A stretch of 64,000 bases of DNA. Source: Staphylococcus phage AH12. A model generated the notes under the pieces. It did not search any database. It was not told the DNA's origin and saw only the letters and a list, made by a program, of their open reading frames with translations. Position numbers and translations under genes: made by a program. Position 1 is the first letter of the stretch, and each line of letters starts with the position of its first letter. The DNA is taken from sequence record OR455461.1, one strand, 5' to 3'. Of this stretch, positions 10,072-20,942 are shown piece by piece.

Positions 10072-11523
10072 ATGGTAAGAAAAGCAGACAATAATGAACT
10101 TGATAACTTCATGTCAGAAGAGGAATTAAAAGAATTAGGCGTAGAAGCTGATAAAAAACAAGAAGAAACAAATAATAATCAAAATAAATCACAAAATAAT
10201 CGAAATAAAAATAATAATAGAAATAGTAATAAAAATAAACGTAAGAAAAATAATAATCAAAATAAATCGGCTATTCCGACTCAAAGAAATAAGAATAATC
10301 AAAAACAAGATGAAGAAGCTAAAACTGATCATATTGATTTTTCTCAACCAGAACCAGCTCAAAATTATAAAGACTATGATCATTTAACTCAAAAAGACGA
10401 AGAACCTAAATTATCTTCTCCAGCAGAAGATACTGAGTCTATGACTTTAGATCAATTTGAAAGTCATCAACAAGATCTTAATAAACATCAACAAAAAGTT
10501 CAAAAAGAAATTGAAGAACTTTCTAAAATTGATTCTAATGAAAGAAATAATATTTTAAGTAATATTAATGTAGATTTAAATAATATTGAAATTATTTCAG
10601 ATATTGACTATGATGTTAATAAAGAAAATACTAATTTTGTATTAAATAGTAAAGCTACTCATCAAGTAGTATTATCTCAATCAGCTTATATTGCTCATAT
10701 GGAAAGTTTACGTAACCAAGAAATTCTTTCTATTGCAGAATCTATTGATGATGATTATAATTCAGTTTTAAAAAGATATCAATTATACTTCCATAAAGTT
10801 AATACAAATTCATTAGGAATTAAAAACTTCTCAGATTTTGCTAAGTTAACTTCTGTATATGATGTTAGTACTTTAGAATACGGATTATATAATATCTCTT
10901 TCCCTGGTGAGACTAAGTTTGATATTAAATGTGGTAGTTGTAAAGAAGAACTTAAAGACGTTAAAATCTCTAACGATCAATTAATGTCATTTAAAGATGA
11001 AGAAGCTTATGAACATGTAACTAAAAATGTTCATAACATTACAACTAAAGAACAAAATGAAAAGCATTCACTAATTTCTAAAACTGAAAGAATCATGTTA
11101 AACGACTCTAAGATTATATTTGATATTATTACACCTACTATTGATAAACATTTAACTGTATTAGCAAGTATTCATACAGATGGATTGAGTCCAGAAGAAG
11201 CAGATAGATTTAAAAATAACTCAACTGCTTTAATGCATGTTAAAAATGTATACGTACCAGATCTAAAATCTCTTAAAGAAGATGGAAAACCTAAATTCCA
11301 AAAAATTCCTGAAGAATCACTTCAAGAAATTATGACAATTATTGAGAACTTATCTGTACGTGATGGGCATCAATTAACTGATAAGATATATGATTCTGTA
11401 GGTAAAAATGCTATAGAATATGCAATTAATGGAGCTAAATGTCCTAATTGTGGAAATGATCTTGGAAAAATTGATATCGATATGACAGAAGTACTTTTCA
11501 AGGAAGCTCTTCATTTGGTTTAA
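10072..11523 (+). CDS. hypothetical protein with N/K-rich N-terminus and C-terminal zinc ribbon
   Basis: Low-complexity NNNQNKSQNNRNKNNN stretch. CGSCKEE ... CPNCGND cysteine pairs. Confidence 0.55.
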   Translation: MVRKADNNELDNFMSEEELKELGVEADKKQEETNNNQNKSQNNRNKNNNRNSNKNKRKKNNNQNKSAIPTQRNKNNQKQDEEAKTDHIDFSQPEPAQNYKDYDHLTQKDEEPKLSSPAEDTESMTLDQFESHQQDLNKHQQKVQKEIEELSKIDSNERNNILSNINVDLNNIEIISDIDYDVNKENTNFVLNSKATHQVVLSQSAYIAHMESLRNQEILSIAESIDDDYNSVLKRYQLYFHKVNTNSLGIKNFSDFAKLTSVYDVSTLEYGLYNISFPGETKFDIKCGSCKEELKDVKISNDQLMSFKDEEAYEHVTKNVHNITTKEQNEKHSLISKTERIMLNDSKIIFDIITPTIDKHLTVLASIHTDGLSPEEADRFKNNSTALMHVKNVYVPDLKSLKEDGKPKFQKIPEESLQEIMTIIENLSVRDGHQLTDKIYDSVGKNAIEYAINGAKCPNCGNDLGKIDIDMTEVLFKEALHLV

Positions 11524-11591
11524 TCAATACTGTCGATAGTAAGCAATATAAGAAAAAAGTATATGAAGATGCCGCTTATCTTGCTTATCTA

Positions 11592-11789
11592 TTGGACCTC
11601 TTTGAAGGGCGTTTAAGTTTTAATGAAATACTTACTATGGATTTGAATATACTTAATTCAATGACAAAAGCTAAAGAAAAAGAAATGAAAAATAAACGAT
11701 TACAGCAGAAAAAGGTTGAATCTGCTACTAGAAAAGATTTTGATAATGGTATGCCTAAGTTGGATTTACCTAGACATCTTAATAGTTAA
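11592..11789 (+). CDS. small hypothetical protein
   Basis: 65-aa ORF, weak support. Confidence 0.3.
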   Translation: MDLFEGRLSFNEILTMDLNILNSMTKAKEKEMKNKRLQQKKVESATRKDFDNGMPKLDLPRHLNS

Positions 11790-11812
11790 TAAAGAAAGGA
11801 TGGATTTTCCAG

Positions 11813-12106
11813 ATGGTTCTTAGTACAAAAGAAAGTCAGAAAATCCTTCATATTTATGATTCACTAGTTGATAATGATGAAAATCTTTTATCATCTTTAT
11901 GTCATTCAAATAAAGGTTTACTTTTTGTAGACCTTTTATATGACATAGATTATAAAATTAAAGAAGGGTTTTCTAAAGATAATAATGAATTTAATTACAT
12001 TATATTAGAAACTGAAGAAAAAGAAAAATTAAAAGAAAAAGCTCTTTATAAAAAAAATTTAAAAATTGAAGACAACAAGGATTCTATAAGAATTTCAGTA
12101 GTATAA
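11813..12106 (+). CDS. small hypothetical protein immediately upstream of the chaperonin
   Basis: 97-aa ORF, GroES-sized, with no clear GroES motifs. Confidence 0.4.
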   Translation: MVLSTKESQKILHIYDSLVDNDENLLSSLCHSNKGLLFVDLLYDIDYKIKEGFSKDNNEFNYIILETEEKEKLKEKALYKKNLKIEDNKDSIRISVV

Positions 12107-12123
12107 AGGAGAGAATTGCTTAA

Positions 12124-13881
12124 ATGAGTGAACATAAGAAAAATAAAAAGTTGGTATCAAATATAGTAGATGAAGATTCATACAAAGAAATAGCTGAATT
12201 AACAATTGATACTATTTCTGGAACATTAATGAAATCATTAGGTTATTATGGTTCTACTACAATATTTGATGACGGTATTAGTAGATTTGTAACTAAAGAC
12301 GGATATAATATTTTAAAGAATATTAGATTTCAAGACACTATTGCTGCAGCAATATTAAACTTCATTAAAGAAGTTTCATTATCACTAGTTAAAACTGTAG
12401 GTGATGGATCTACTTCTTCAGTAATTAATTCTCAAGCTATGTTTAAAGAAATTAATGCTAGATTAAAAGAAAAAGATGATTTAGGTGGATTTTCTCGTAA
12501 AGAAATTTCAGATTCATTAAATAACATGAAAGATTTAATTACAGAAGGTTTAAAAGATAAATCTATAGAAATTAATGAAGATAATTTCTATAAATTAAAA
12601 AATATTGCTACAGTATCAAATAATAATGATGAAAAATTAGGTGAAATGGTTTACGAAATTTTTTCTCAAATAGGTAAAAATGGTTTTATCACACCTGAAA
12701 TTTCAGACAATGAAGAAGATTACTACTCATTAACTAAAGGTATTGAGAAAAATAATGCTCTATTAGATAATAAATTAATTAATGATAAAGAAAATCATTC
12801 AGTTGATTTTAATAAACCTCATGTAGTAGTAGTTAATGATAAACTAAAAGAAGAAGACATTAAATGGTGTAGTGAGATTGTTACTTCATTACAACCTTTC
12901 TCTAGTAAAGGTTTAGTATTTGTTGCACCTAGCTTTTCTAAAGAGTTTATTAGTTGGGTAAAAGTATTATTAAATGCTAACCGTAATAATGGAGGTTTAA
13001 AAGCAGCTGAAGCTGAATTTGAATTATCTGTAGCATCTTACAGTAAAGACCCTGAAGAATTAGAAGATCTTGCAATATATGTAGGTTCAAATGTTATTGA
13101 TATGACAATAGATCCAGAAGATTTTAAAAAGAATATTGTTGATAAATTAGAGGATTCTAGAAGTAATCCATTAAATTGGATGGAATTCCAACAACAATAT
13201 GTAGGGCGTACTGAAAGATTTGTAATTGATTCTTTTAAAACTCAAATCATTGAAGGTCATGGTAATAAAACTGAAACTGGTTCTAGAAGATTGAAAGATC
13301 GTATTGCAGAAATAAATAACGAAATTAGTTATTTTGCAGATATGAATTCAGAACAAGCTATTGGAGAGATTACTACATTACAACGTAGAGCTAATTCTTT
13401 AAATAGTGCAATTGCTAAATTATATGTGGGTGGTTCTTCTCAAGCAGAAAAAATCTCTCGTAAATACTTAGTGGAAGATTCAGTGCATGCTTCTAAATCA
13501 GCATTGAAATTTGGTTATGTATCTGGAGGAAATCTATCAGTAAATAAAGTTATCAAAGATATTGATACAGAAAAATTATCTGATTTAGATAGATTAGTCC
13601 TAGACTTAATTGATATTTCTTCTCGTGAAGTATATCACAAAGTATTAGAAAACTTTAATAGATTTAAAAAACCTGAAATAGAATCTATGACTCAGACTTG
13701 TATTAGTAAAGATGCAATTTATAATATTAAAACTGCCGAATATGAAGATGATGTAGAAACTGATATTATAAACTCTGTAGAAACAGATATTAAAATATTA
13801 GAAACTACAATTAGTATCATTGGTTTAATTTCATTAAGTAACCAATTCTTAACTAATTCTTTAATTATTCCACAAGATTAA
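12124..13881 (+). CDS. GroEL/Cpn60-family chaperonin-like protein
   Basis: TLG..G...I.D, TKDG and VGDGSTSSV (compare GroEL AGDGTTTATV), and C-terminal GYVSGGN (compare GVVAGGG), all in GroEL order. Confidence 0.6.
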   Translation: MSEHKKNKKLVSNIVDEDSYKEIAELTIDTISGTLMKSLGYYGSTTIFDDGISRFVTKDGYNILKNIRFQDTIAAAILNFIKEVSLSLVKTVGDGSTSSVINSQAMFKEINARLKEKDDLGGFSRKEISDSLNNMKDLITEGLKDKSIEINEDNFYKLKNIATVSNNNDEKLGEMVYEIFSQIGKNGFITPEISDNEEDYYSLTKGIEKNNALLDNKLINDKENHSVDFNKPHVVVVNDKLKEEDIKWCSEIVTSLQPFSSKGLVFVAPSFSKEFISWVKVLLNANRNNGGLKAAEAEFELSVASYSKDPEELEDLAIYVGSNVIDMTIDPEDFKKNIVDKLEDSRSNPLNWMEFQQQYVGRTERFVIDSFKTQIIEGHGNKTETGSRRLKDRIAEINNEISYFADMNSEQAIGEITTLQRRANSLNSAIAKLYVGGSSQAEKISRKYLVEDSVHASKSALKFGYVSGGNLSVNKVIKDIDTEKLSDLDRLVLDLIDISSREVYHKVLENFNRFKKPEIESMTQTCISKDAIYNIKTAEYEDDVETDIINSVETDIKILETTISIIGLISLSNQFLTNSLIIPQD

Positions 13882-13893
13882 AATTTAAACTCT

Positions 13894-13937
13894 ACCGAAA
13901 CCATTATGAATTTAATTAATGGTTTCGGTTTATTTTT
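13894..13937 (+). terminator. rho-independent terminator
   Basis: ACCGAAACCATTA / TAATGGTTTCGGT 13-bp stem followed by TTTATTTTT. Confidence 0.6.
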
Positions 13938-14056
13938 GCAAATCAATTAAAATTATATACATTTTTAAAATTTTGATTTTTATTAAACTTTTATTTGCTT
14001 TTTTATAAAATTTTTGTTATAATTAAAAATGTAGTAGAAAACAAGGAGGAATTTTA

Positions 14057-14824
14057 TTGGTTAATATGACAGCTTCACAATTCCTTAAAAACCCTACAGG
14101 AAAAGGTTCAGCTACAGTAGCTAGACGTGATCGTATTATTTTAGATATGAGAACACGATTTTCTTATCTATATAAGAAAAATAAAAGAAATTTTAAATTA
14201 AAGATATTTCTTCATCAAGAAAACTATTATTTCTATTTTCAAATACCTTCAGAAGATTACTTCAAAGATGAATTACATTATGACGTAATCATAGAATTCA
14301 GACCACCTAATGAAAAAGCAGCTAAAACTAAAGATCTTAATAATTATTTAATAAGATTTATAAGTAACTCTCCAAACTTTATGTTTACATATGGTTACTT
14401 ATATAATAAAGATGATTTACTTATTAGTTGGCTGAGTTATAAATTAGGTAAAAAAGCTTTAACTCAAGCTCCAGTTGTTAGAAACCCTAGACATGAATAC
14501 GGATTTGAGAAATCAGTTTATTTTGCACTATTGTATTTAGAAACAAATCCTAAAGCATTAAAAAATCCTTTACATTTAACATTACCAAATAGACAAAGAA
14601 TTAAGAAAACTTTTATGCCTTCAGATTTAAAGTTAAAAGAATACAATAGAATTAAAAAACAAAATACTCAAAAAGAAAAGAATAAAAATATTGTAACTAA
14701 GCAAATAAGTAATCAATTAGATAAAAGACGACAAGAACAGCAGAGGAAAACAAAACCAATCAATCGTAAATCCAAACCTATTGGAAAAGTTAAAAAGGTA
14801 AAGACTACCAAAAAGAGAAAATAA
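14057..14824 (+). CDS. hypothetical protein with strongly basic C-terminal tail
   Basis: TTG start 7 nt after AAGGAGGA. C-terminus is K/R-rich (RRQEQQRKTKPINRKSKPIGKVKKVKTTKKRK). Confidence 0.5.
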   Translation: MVNMTASQFLKNPTGKGSATVARRDRIILDMRTRFSYLYKKNKRNFKLKIFLHQENYYFYFQIPSEDYFKDELHYDVIIEFRPPNEKAAKTKDLNNYLIRFISNSPNFMFTYGYLYNKDDLLISWLSYKLGKKALTQAPVVRNPRHEYGFEKSVYFALLYLETNPKALKNPLHLTLPNRQRIKKTFMPSDLKLKEYNRIKKQNTQKEKNKNIVTKQISNQLDKRRQEQQRKTKPINRKSKPIGKVKKVKTTKKRK

Positions 14825-14914
14825 AGTTAAATATATATTATAAAAATGTATTTAATATAGTAATTTTAAATACGCTTATCATTTTATTAATTATCTAAGG
14901 AGAGTGTGTCTTAA

Positions 14915-16660
14915 TTGGAAAACAATAAAGTCGTAGAGAGAGAAGCTTTAAGAGAAGAAGATTTAAATTTGAATGAAATAGAAGAAAAGGTAGAAGAAAA
15001 GAAAGAAATACCTTTGTTATCTAGTAATGTTTTTAAATTAAAACCGGTTAAAGGTAATTTTGAGTTTACAAATAAGTATATTAATTCAATAGACTTAGAA
15101 ACTTATGAGAAAGAAGTAACTCAGAAAAATGGTAATAAGAAGATTGAAACTAAAATCATTCAGCGAGATGATATTGAAGAATTAATAAAATTTGTTGATG
15201 ATACTAATGATACATTATTCATTAATGTACATAAGATATTAAACAAACCTAATTTGAATACTGATTATGTTAATGACATATTTACAATCCAAATCAAACA
15301 ACGTTCTTATAAGAGTATATTAGAGTACATTGTCAATGACATGAATTTTATATTTAATGAAATACCACATATCATATTAAAATGTGCTAATATTTGTCAA
15401 AAAATATTTAGTAAAAAAGATGAATATAGTGAAGAAGAATTCTTCCAAGATATTCAAGATTTAATTGAAGATGAAGATTTAAGAAATGTTGTTTGTACTA
15501 TCGTTAATGATAATTATTCCATTGATTTAGATAAGACAAATGCTGAAGCAATGTTACAAAGTAAAAAAATCATTAAAAAAGATTTACAAGTTACAGACCA
15601 AGTCAATAAGTCATTTTTATCAACTGCATTATTGCAAAGATTTATTATACCTTTTATTAATCAGTATTATGTACTTACTAATAAATATCATTGTAAGAAT
15701 ACAGATGAAGATAAAGAGAGAACTAAGAATGGATATTTTAAAGCATTTAATTATTGTATGTGTATTACATCTTTAGATTATAATGTAGCTAATAATAATA
15801 AACTTTATAAGATAGTAGAACCTAAAGTAATTAAAACAAAATATAATGACAGAGTTATGTGGAAGTTTTTAGATTTACGTTCTATAGATCCAGATACAGT
15901 AATCAATAAAATAATGGATAAGATTATAAGACAAATAGTATGTAAATTATTAGTTGATACTTCTGCAGTATCTTATTTCACTTCTGTTATCAAATTCTCA
16001 ATAGATTATGAATTCCAATTCAAATATCCTATTAAGTTCAGATCAATTAAATTAACTACAGATGATGACGATGATGAAGATGGTTTTGATAAATTCCAAA
16101 TGAATAATTTCTTTAAGCAAAATGAAAGATTAGATATTGCTAATAAAATAACTATTGATCGTTATATCACTGAAAAATTAAAAGAATTAAATATCAGTGA
16201 AGAATATATTAAGCATTTATATGACAAATTTGATTATATAAATGATTTACAATCTCATTTAATTAAAGTTTATTTTGCTGAGCATTTTGATGTTAATACA
16301 AATGATAGAAAGAGCATTGTATCATTATTAGCAATTATGTCTAAAGAATTAATTGAAAATAATATGGATACTTTAGGTAAGATAGTTGCTTCAAAAGTAG
16401 TTTCTGGAACTAAAGCTAAGAATGTGGGTAAATTATCATTAGATGTTATTGCAGATAAATACTATGTATCTGCTTGGGATAAATATAAATTTATTAATGA
16501 TATTACTGAAAAAGATAATTTCATATTAAGAATTGCATTAGTTAATGGTTACAAGTTTAGTTATACTCCTGAAGATTTAAATTCTGAAGAAGAAGTAATT
16601 GCTGATATTGATAAAAAATATTTCATTTCTGAAGTATCACAATTTATATCAAATTATTAA
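14915..16660 (+). CDS. hypothetical protein
   Basis: 581-aa ORF. TTG start after AAGGAGAG. Confidence 0.55.
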   Translation: MENNKVVEREALREEDLNLNEIEEKVEEKKEIPLLSSNVFKLKPVKGNFEFTNKYINSIDLETYEKEVTQKNGNKKIETKIIQRDDIEELIKFVDDTNDTLFINVHKILNKPNLNTDYVNDIFTIQIKQRSYKSILEYIVNDMNFIFNEIPHIILKCANICQKIFSKKDEYSEEEFFQDIQDLIEDEDLRNVVCTIVNDNYSIDLDKTNAEAMLQSKKIIKKDLQVTDQVNKSFLSTALLQRFIIPFINQYYVLTNKYHCKNTDEDKERTKNGYFKAFNYCMCITSLDYNVANNNKLYKIVEPKVIKTKYNDRVMWKFLDLRSIDPDTVINKIMDKIIRQIVCKLLVDTSAVSYFTSVIKFSIDYEFQFKYPIKFRSIKLTTDDDDDEDGFDKFQMNNFFKQNERLDIANKITIDRYITEKLKELNISEEYIKHLYDKFDYINDLQSHLIKVYFAEHFDVNTNDRKSIVSLLAIMSKELIENNMDTLGKIVASKVVSGTKAKNVGKLSLDVIADKYYVSAWDKYKFINDITEKDNFILRIALVNGYKFSYTPEDLNSEEEVIADIDKKYFISEVSQFISNY

Positions 16661-16677
16661 AAAAAAAATAATTTTAA

Positions 16678-16727
16678 ATCCCATACACTCAATTATAGAG
16701 TGTATGGGATATTTTTGTTTTTTTTTT
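16678..16727. terminator. bidirectional terminator hairpin (ATCCCATACACTC / GAGTGTATGGGAT)
   Basis: 13-bp stem flanked by an A-run and a T-run, between convergent genes. Confidence 0.6.
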
Positions 16728-17868
16728 AGTTTCTGTTAATTTCTCCTTCAAATAAATAATCTATATTTATAAATGAATTTATAAATAATTCATCATTAAG
16801 TCTTTTTATTTCTAAGGGATCATTAAAATCTATTATTTGAGAAGATAAAATATTTTGTATCTTACTCCCATCAATTTCATCAACAATGTGTTTTTGATCA
16901 AATAACTTAAAGCGTTTGATTAACTCTTCTAATTTTTCTTCTTTTAAATAATCTTTAAAAGTATCTCTTAAAAGTGTCTCATTATTATATTCTTTTAAAG
17001 GAGATAATTTTGTATCTTCTATCATTCTATCTAATAGTTTAATTGTAGTTACTGGACCATATCCAGATATAGATTTGTATTCTTGATCTTTATGATCTGA
17101 AAATAAGTTAAAAATATCTATGATACCAGAATCAATATTCATAAAATCATTAATATCTTTCTTTGTACTGGAACTGAATATTTCCCCTTTTATATTTTCT
17201 TTAGATATAACCTTGCTCTTTTCAGACCCTCGTAATTCTAAAAGTAATAGTCTATCTTTATAATCTAATAATTGTCTATATATTTTATCATTACTTACAA
17301 TTAAAGAATAATCATTTTCATTATCTATAGTTGTTTTTTCCATAATATAATAAGGTAATATAGTAGGTTCTATTTTATAAGTATCAATATAATATGCATT
17401 AGGTATATACTTTACGATTGTTTTAACTAATTCTAATGTTATTGATATAGTCTTATTTATATCTCTATAAGTTATATTATCTTCATTCATTTTCTTGTAG
17501 TATTCTTTTTTATAATCAGGATCAAATGAAGTGTGATATATTGATTCTTTATCTGAATAGAATAAAAAGAATCTAGAATGCATATTTAATCTACTTGCAA
17601 AGAAATGTCTATAATGTCCTATAATATTTACTAATTCAACAACTAAATTTAATCTATTTTTAGTTTTTAAATGAGTAAAATTCTCTGAAACTTGAGGAGA
17701 ATATAATTGCTTAATAACATTATTAATGTCTATATAAATGGTTACATTGTTGTTATTAGTATTTCCTCTAAATCTTCCTCCTTCTATATAAGGTCTAACC
17801 AATTCTGTCATTTTATTGTAATTTAATTTTTTAGAATTTATTATTCTTTCAATTATTTCTACATCCAT
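16726..17868 (-). CDS. T4 RNase H-like 5'-3' exonuclease / flap endonuclease
   Basis: Colinear similarity to T4 rnh: YIDIN block, DKESIYH..DPDYKKEYYKK (compare DNAKSGYWRRDFAYYYKKNR), SLIVSNDKIYRQL (compare ILIISSDGDFTQL). Confidence 0.45.
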   Translation of the reverse strand: MDVEIIERIINSKKLNYNKMTELVRPYIEGGRFRGNTNNNNVTIYIDINNVIKQLYSPQVSENFTHLKTKNRLNLVVELVNIIGHYRHFFASRLNMHSRFFLFYSDKESIYHTSFDPDYKKEYYKKMNEDNITYRDINKTISITLELVKTIVKYIPNAYYIDTYKIEPTILPYYIMEKTTIDNENDYSLIVSNDKIYRQLLDYKDRLLLLELRGSEKSKVISKENIKGEIFSSSTKKDINDFMNIDSGIIDIFNLFSDHKDQEYKSISGYGPVTTIKLLDRMIEDTKLSPLKEYNNETLLRDTFKDYLKEEKLEELIKRFKLFDQKHIVDEIDGSKIQNILSSQIIDFNDPLEIKRLNDELFINSFINIDYLFEGEINRN

Positions 17869-17948
17869 TGATTATCTACATCCTTTCAGTATTATAATAT
17901 ATAATTAATTATTCATTTGTAAATTTATAAAAATCCATGTATAGCAAT

Positions 17949-17961
17949 AACATCATTTTAT
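17949..17961 (+). promoter_or_regulatory. candidate late promoter AACA-N6-TAT
   Basis: AACAtcatttTAT 8 nt before ATG 17969. Confidence 0.35.
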
Positions 17962-17968
17962 TAATGAT

Positions 17969-19261
17969 ATGAAGAAGAAAGTCGGTGAAAAAGAGTTGAT
18001 AGAAAGTTTAGTAAGTAAGAAATTGTTTAATATAAAACTTATAGCATTATATTCTGATGGAACAACAGAAGATATTTCTCAGTATGTTAAACGTTCTAGA
18101 ATTGAAATGAACTTCCAAGAGTACATTATGCCTTATTATAGATTTATATTAAGACCTCCTAAAGAGACTATTATAAAAATAAATACAGATAGAGAAAAAG
18201 TTGTATTTTCATTTAGTTCTAATATGACAACTAATGATACAGAAGATGTTAAATTAGATGTTCCTTTTCATGAAGAAATAATTTTAAAACCCTTAATGGA
18301 TTTAAATAATATTATTGATTATGATGATAGAATTACTAAAGATGATAATGATCGTAAAAATCTATTTGATAGATATGAAATGGTTGCAATATCAGAAGAA
18401 ATATTAAAAACAAATAAACCTATAGTATCTGGTATATACAATAATTGTACTGTAAGTGAAGTAGTTACTGATTTATTATCTCAATTTAATAATAGGGATA
18501 TATATTTTCATGAAGTTGATAATAATAGAATATATGAACAGATAATGTTATTACCTGCAAATATATATGATAATCTTAAATTCATAGATGACGTTTATGG
18601 AATATATGACAGAGAGATAAAATTATTTAATCATCATACAGGTTTAAATATATTACCTATGTCAGGATTTGATCCTAATACAATTGGTAAAGTTAAAATA
18701 CAAGTTAGGTTTCCATCAAATCAAACTGATGAAGAAATAATAGAAGGTAGTTACGAACAGATAAATCAATTAGATGATACTATAAGAAATAAAAACATAA
18801 TAACTAAAATTAATAATGTTAGTTTAGTGGATAATACAAGATTATTTAATGAACTAGTTGGATCTGAAATAAATCTGTTTGGAATAGATAATGAAAATGA
18901 AGGAACAAAATTATCTACATACAGAAGAAAAATAGAAGATCGTAATGGAGAAGTTAATAAAGTTAAAGTATATGATGATATATTTGATAACGATTACAGT
19001 TTAAAGAAAGAATTCAATAATAGTAAAGATATAATATTAAGAATGCAATTAAATGATGTAGACCTAACATTAGAAGATACATTTAAACAATTTGACATAG
19101 AATTCTTTAATGATTACTATAAACATTATAATGGAATATATGAACTTCTTGGAGTTAATCAAGAGTTTAAAAATGCTAGTAAAGCATTAGTTTTAAGTAG
19201 CTTTATAACTTTAAGAAAAGTATCAGATCATTCTTTTACAAAAAATAATCCCAATACCTAA
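17969..19261 (+). CDS. hypothetical protein
   Basis: 430-aa ORF. Stop codon lies inside the terminator hairpin. Confidence 0.55.
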   Translation: MKKKVGEKELIESLVSKKLFNIKLIALYSDGTTEDISQYVKRSRIEMNFQEYIMPYYRFILRPPKETIIKINTDREKVVFSFSSNMTTNDTEDVKLDVPFHEEIILKPLMDLNNIIDYDDRITKDDNDRKNLFDRYEMVAISEEILKTNKPIVSGIYNNCTVSEVVTDLLSQFNNRDIYFHEVDNNRIYEQIMLLPANIYDNLKFIDDVYGIYDREIKLFNHHTGLNILPMSGFDPNTIGKVKIQVRFPSNQTDEEIIEGSYEQINQLDDTIRNKNIITKINNVSLVDNTRLFNELVGSEINLFGIDNENEGTKLSTYRRKIEDRNGEVNKVKVYDDIFDNDYSLKKEFNNSKDIILRMQLNDVDLTLEDTFKQFDIEFFNDYYKHYNGIYELLGVNQEFKNASKALVLSSFITLRKVSDHSFTKNNPNT

Positions 19262-19282
19262 TTTTAATTAAAGGTATTGGGA
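19249..19282. terminator. palindromic terminator element (TCCCAATACCT ... AGGTATTGGGA)
   Basis: Family member. Overlaps the last codons of 17969..19261. Confidence 0.55.
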
Positions 19283-19288
19283 TTTAAA

Positions 19289-20110
19289 TTATTGAAATGC
19301 TTTATTTCTTTGGGCATTTTCAGTTTCTACTAATTTTACACTTACACCAAAGTTAACAATAATGTTACTTAGAATGTAGTCTTGTTTTAAGAATTGTGTT
19401 GAAGCTTGACGATTCATACTGAATAATTTATTTGCTCTAGTAACGTAAGTTTTTTGTTCGTTTATTTTTTCTTTTCGGTCAGTTTTTCCTTTTTCTAATT
19501 CTTTGATTTCACCAATAGCAATTTTACTATCTTTTTGGATATCATCTTTTAGTTGTTTACATGTTTTAGCAGCACCTTTAGAGAATTTTACAAGTTGTTC
19601 ACTTTGTTTCAGTAATGTTTCAACATTTTTTAAATTACCTAAAGCGATGTGATCATCTTCTTCATTCGCACTGTTATTTTTCAATTCATCGTATTCTTTA
19701 TCAAAATCATCTGAATAGATCTTATTACTTAAATCAGTTAATTTCTTATAATTTTCTGATTTAGCTAATTTACCAATCGGTATTTCCATTTGTGATTTAG
19801 ATGCAACAAAATCTGCAATTAATTTTTTGTCTTGTTTAAGTTTAGCTAGAACTGTTGCAGCTAATTCATGTAATTTAGTTACTTTACCAAAATGTGCTAC
19901 AAAGAAAGTAGAGAATTTTTTCATAGCTTCTTGGATTGCCTTAACAATCTTAACAAAGAATTCTTTTAATTTTTTAACCGTTTTTTTAATGTTAGAATCT
20001 TTTTTATCTTTAACAACTTCTTGAACTGCTTCATTCATAGAAATTGATTCTGTAACTATTTCTATTTCTTCATTTAAAAAACTTTCTTCAATACTGACAT
20101 TTTTAATCAT
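19289..20110 (-). CDS. helical protein, paralog family member A
   Basis: Shares the motif KK.K.FF.KI.KA..EA.KKF.TFFV with 20943..21749 and 20129..20737. Confidence 0.55.
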   Translation of the reverse strand: MIKNVSIEESFLNEEIEIVTESISMNEAVQEVVKDKKDSNIKKTVKKLKEFFVKIVKAIQEAMKKFSTFFVAHFGKVTKLHELAATVLAKLKQDKKLIADFVASKSQMEIPIGKLAKSENYKKLTDLSNKIYSDDFDKEYDELKNNSANEEDDHIALGNLKNVETLLKQSEQLVKFSKGAAKTCKQLKDDIQKDSKIAIGEIKELEKGKTDRKEKINEQKTYVTRANKLFSMNRQASTQFLKQDYILSNIIVNFGVSVKLVETENAQRNKAFQ

Positions 20111-20128
20111 CTTATATTTCCACCTTTT

Positions 20129-20737
20129 TTATTTTATATATTCTTCAACTTTACTTAATAACTCATTATGACTTTTTAATGAATTATTAATGACTTTTCT
20201 ATATAATATATTTAATTTGTTCAAGTCATTAACAAGTCTTTGATTTTCTTTTATTTTTTCAGCTTCAATTTCTTTAGTAGCAAATTTAATTGAAGTTTCG
20301 GAAGCACCTTTCATAGTGTCTGAAGATATTTTAAAAGATTTAGCAAAATTCTTTGAAGCATTAAACTGTTCAAATGATTTTTCAACTACATATTTTAAAT
20401 CTAATGACATTGTTAAAGGTATTTCTAAATAATGATTATTCTCATTTAGATCCATTTCAAATTCTTTGTATTTTAAATCAAAACTACTCTTACCTGCATG
20501 TTTTAATACATCTTCATATTTCTTAAGATCTTTAGCTTTCCATATATAAAATATAGATGCTGAACCAGATAAATTACTCATTGCAACATTTATATTTTCT
20601 TTATTCTTTTCTATTTTCTTAAGTATACTTTTTGTTTTTAGTGTAGTTCTATTAAAATGCGTATTAAAGAATTTCATAAATTTAACTAATGCATTCTTAA
20701 TAAGTGATAGTATATTTAGAAAGAATTCTTTAACCAT
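20129..20737 (-). CDS. helical protein, paralog family member B (N-terminus uncertain)
   Basis: In-frame open sequence upstream of ATG 20737 resembles the N-termini of paralogs A and C but has no start codon. Confidence 0.45.
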   Translation of the reverse strand: MVKEFFLNILSLIKNALVKFMKFFNTHFNRTTLKTKSILKKIEKNKENINVAMSNLSGSASIFYIWKAKDLKKYEDVLKHAGKSSFDLKYKEFEMDLNENNHYLEIPLTMSLDLKYVVEKSFEQFNASKNFAKSFKISSDTMKGASETSIKFATKEIEAEKIKENQRLVNDLNKLNILYRKVINNSLKSHNELLSKVEEYIK

Positions 20738-20896
20738 TTCAAAGAAATCACCAACAGGGGATTCGTTTAAAGAATTTATATTTTCATTAAATAATATTGA
20801 TTCATTAACTATATTAATTTCTTCTTTAAGAATATCTTCCGTATAATTTTTATTAGATAATAAAATTTTAATACCCCTTTCTTATAAAAATAAATT

Positions 20897-20927
20897 GACC
20901 TAATACCCAATTTAAAGGTATTAGGTC
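20897..20927 (-). terminator. hairpin GACCTAATACC / GGTATTAGGTC
   Basis: 11-bp stem, a variant of the palindromic element family, after the stop of 20943..21749. Confidence 0.5.
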
Positions 20928-20942
20928 AATAAAAATTATTTA

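Noticed and set aside
12124-13881. Considered calling 12124..13881 a tubulin (PhuZ) or a chimallin shell protein because of the jumbo-phage context
   Set aside because: No tubulin GGGTGSG motif. The pattern of conserved blocks fits the Cpn60 equatorial domain instead.
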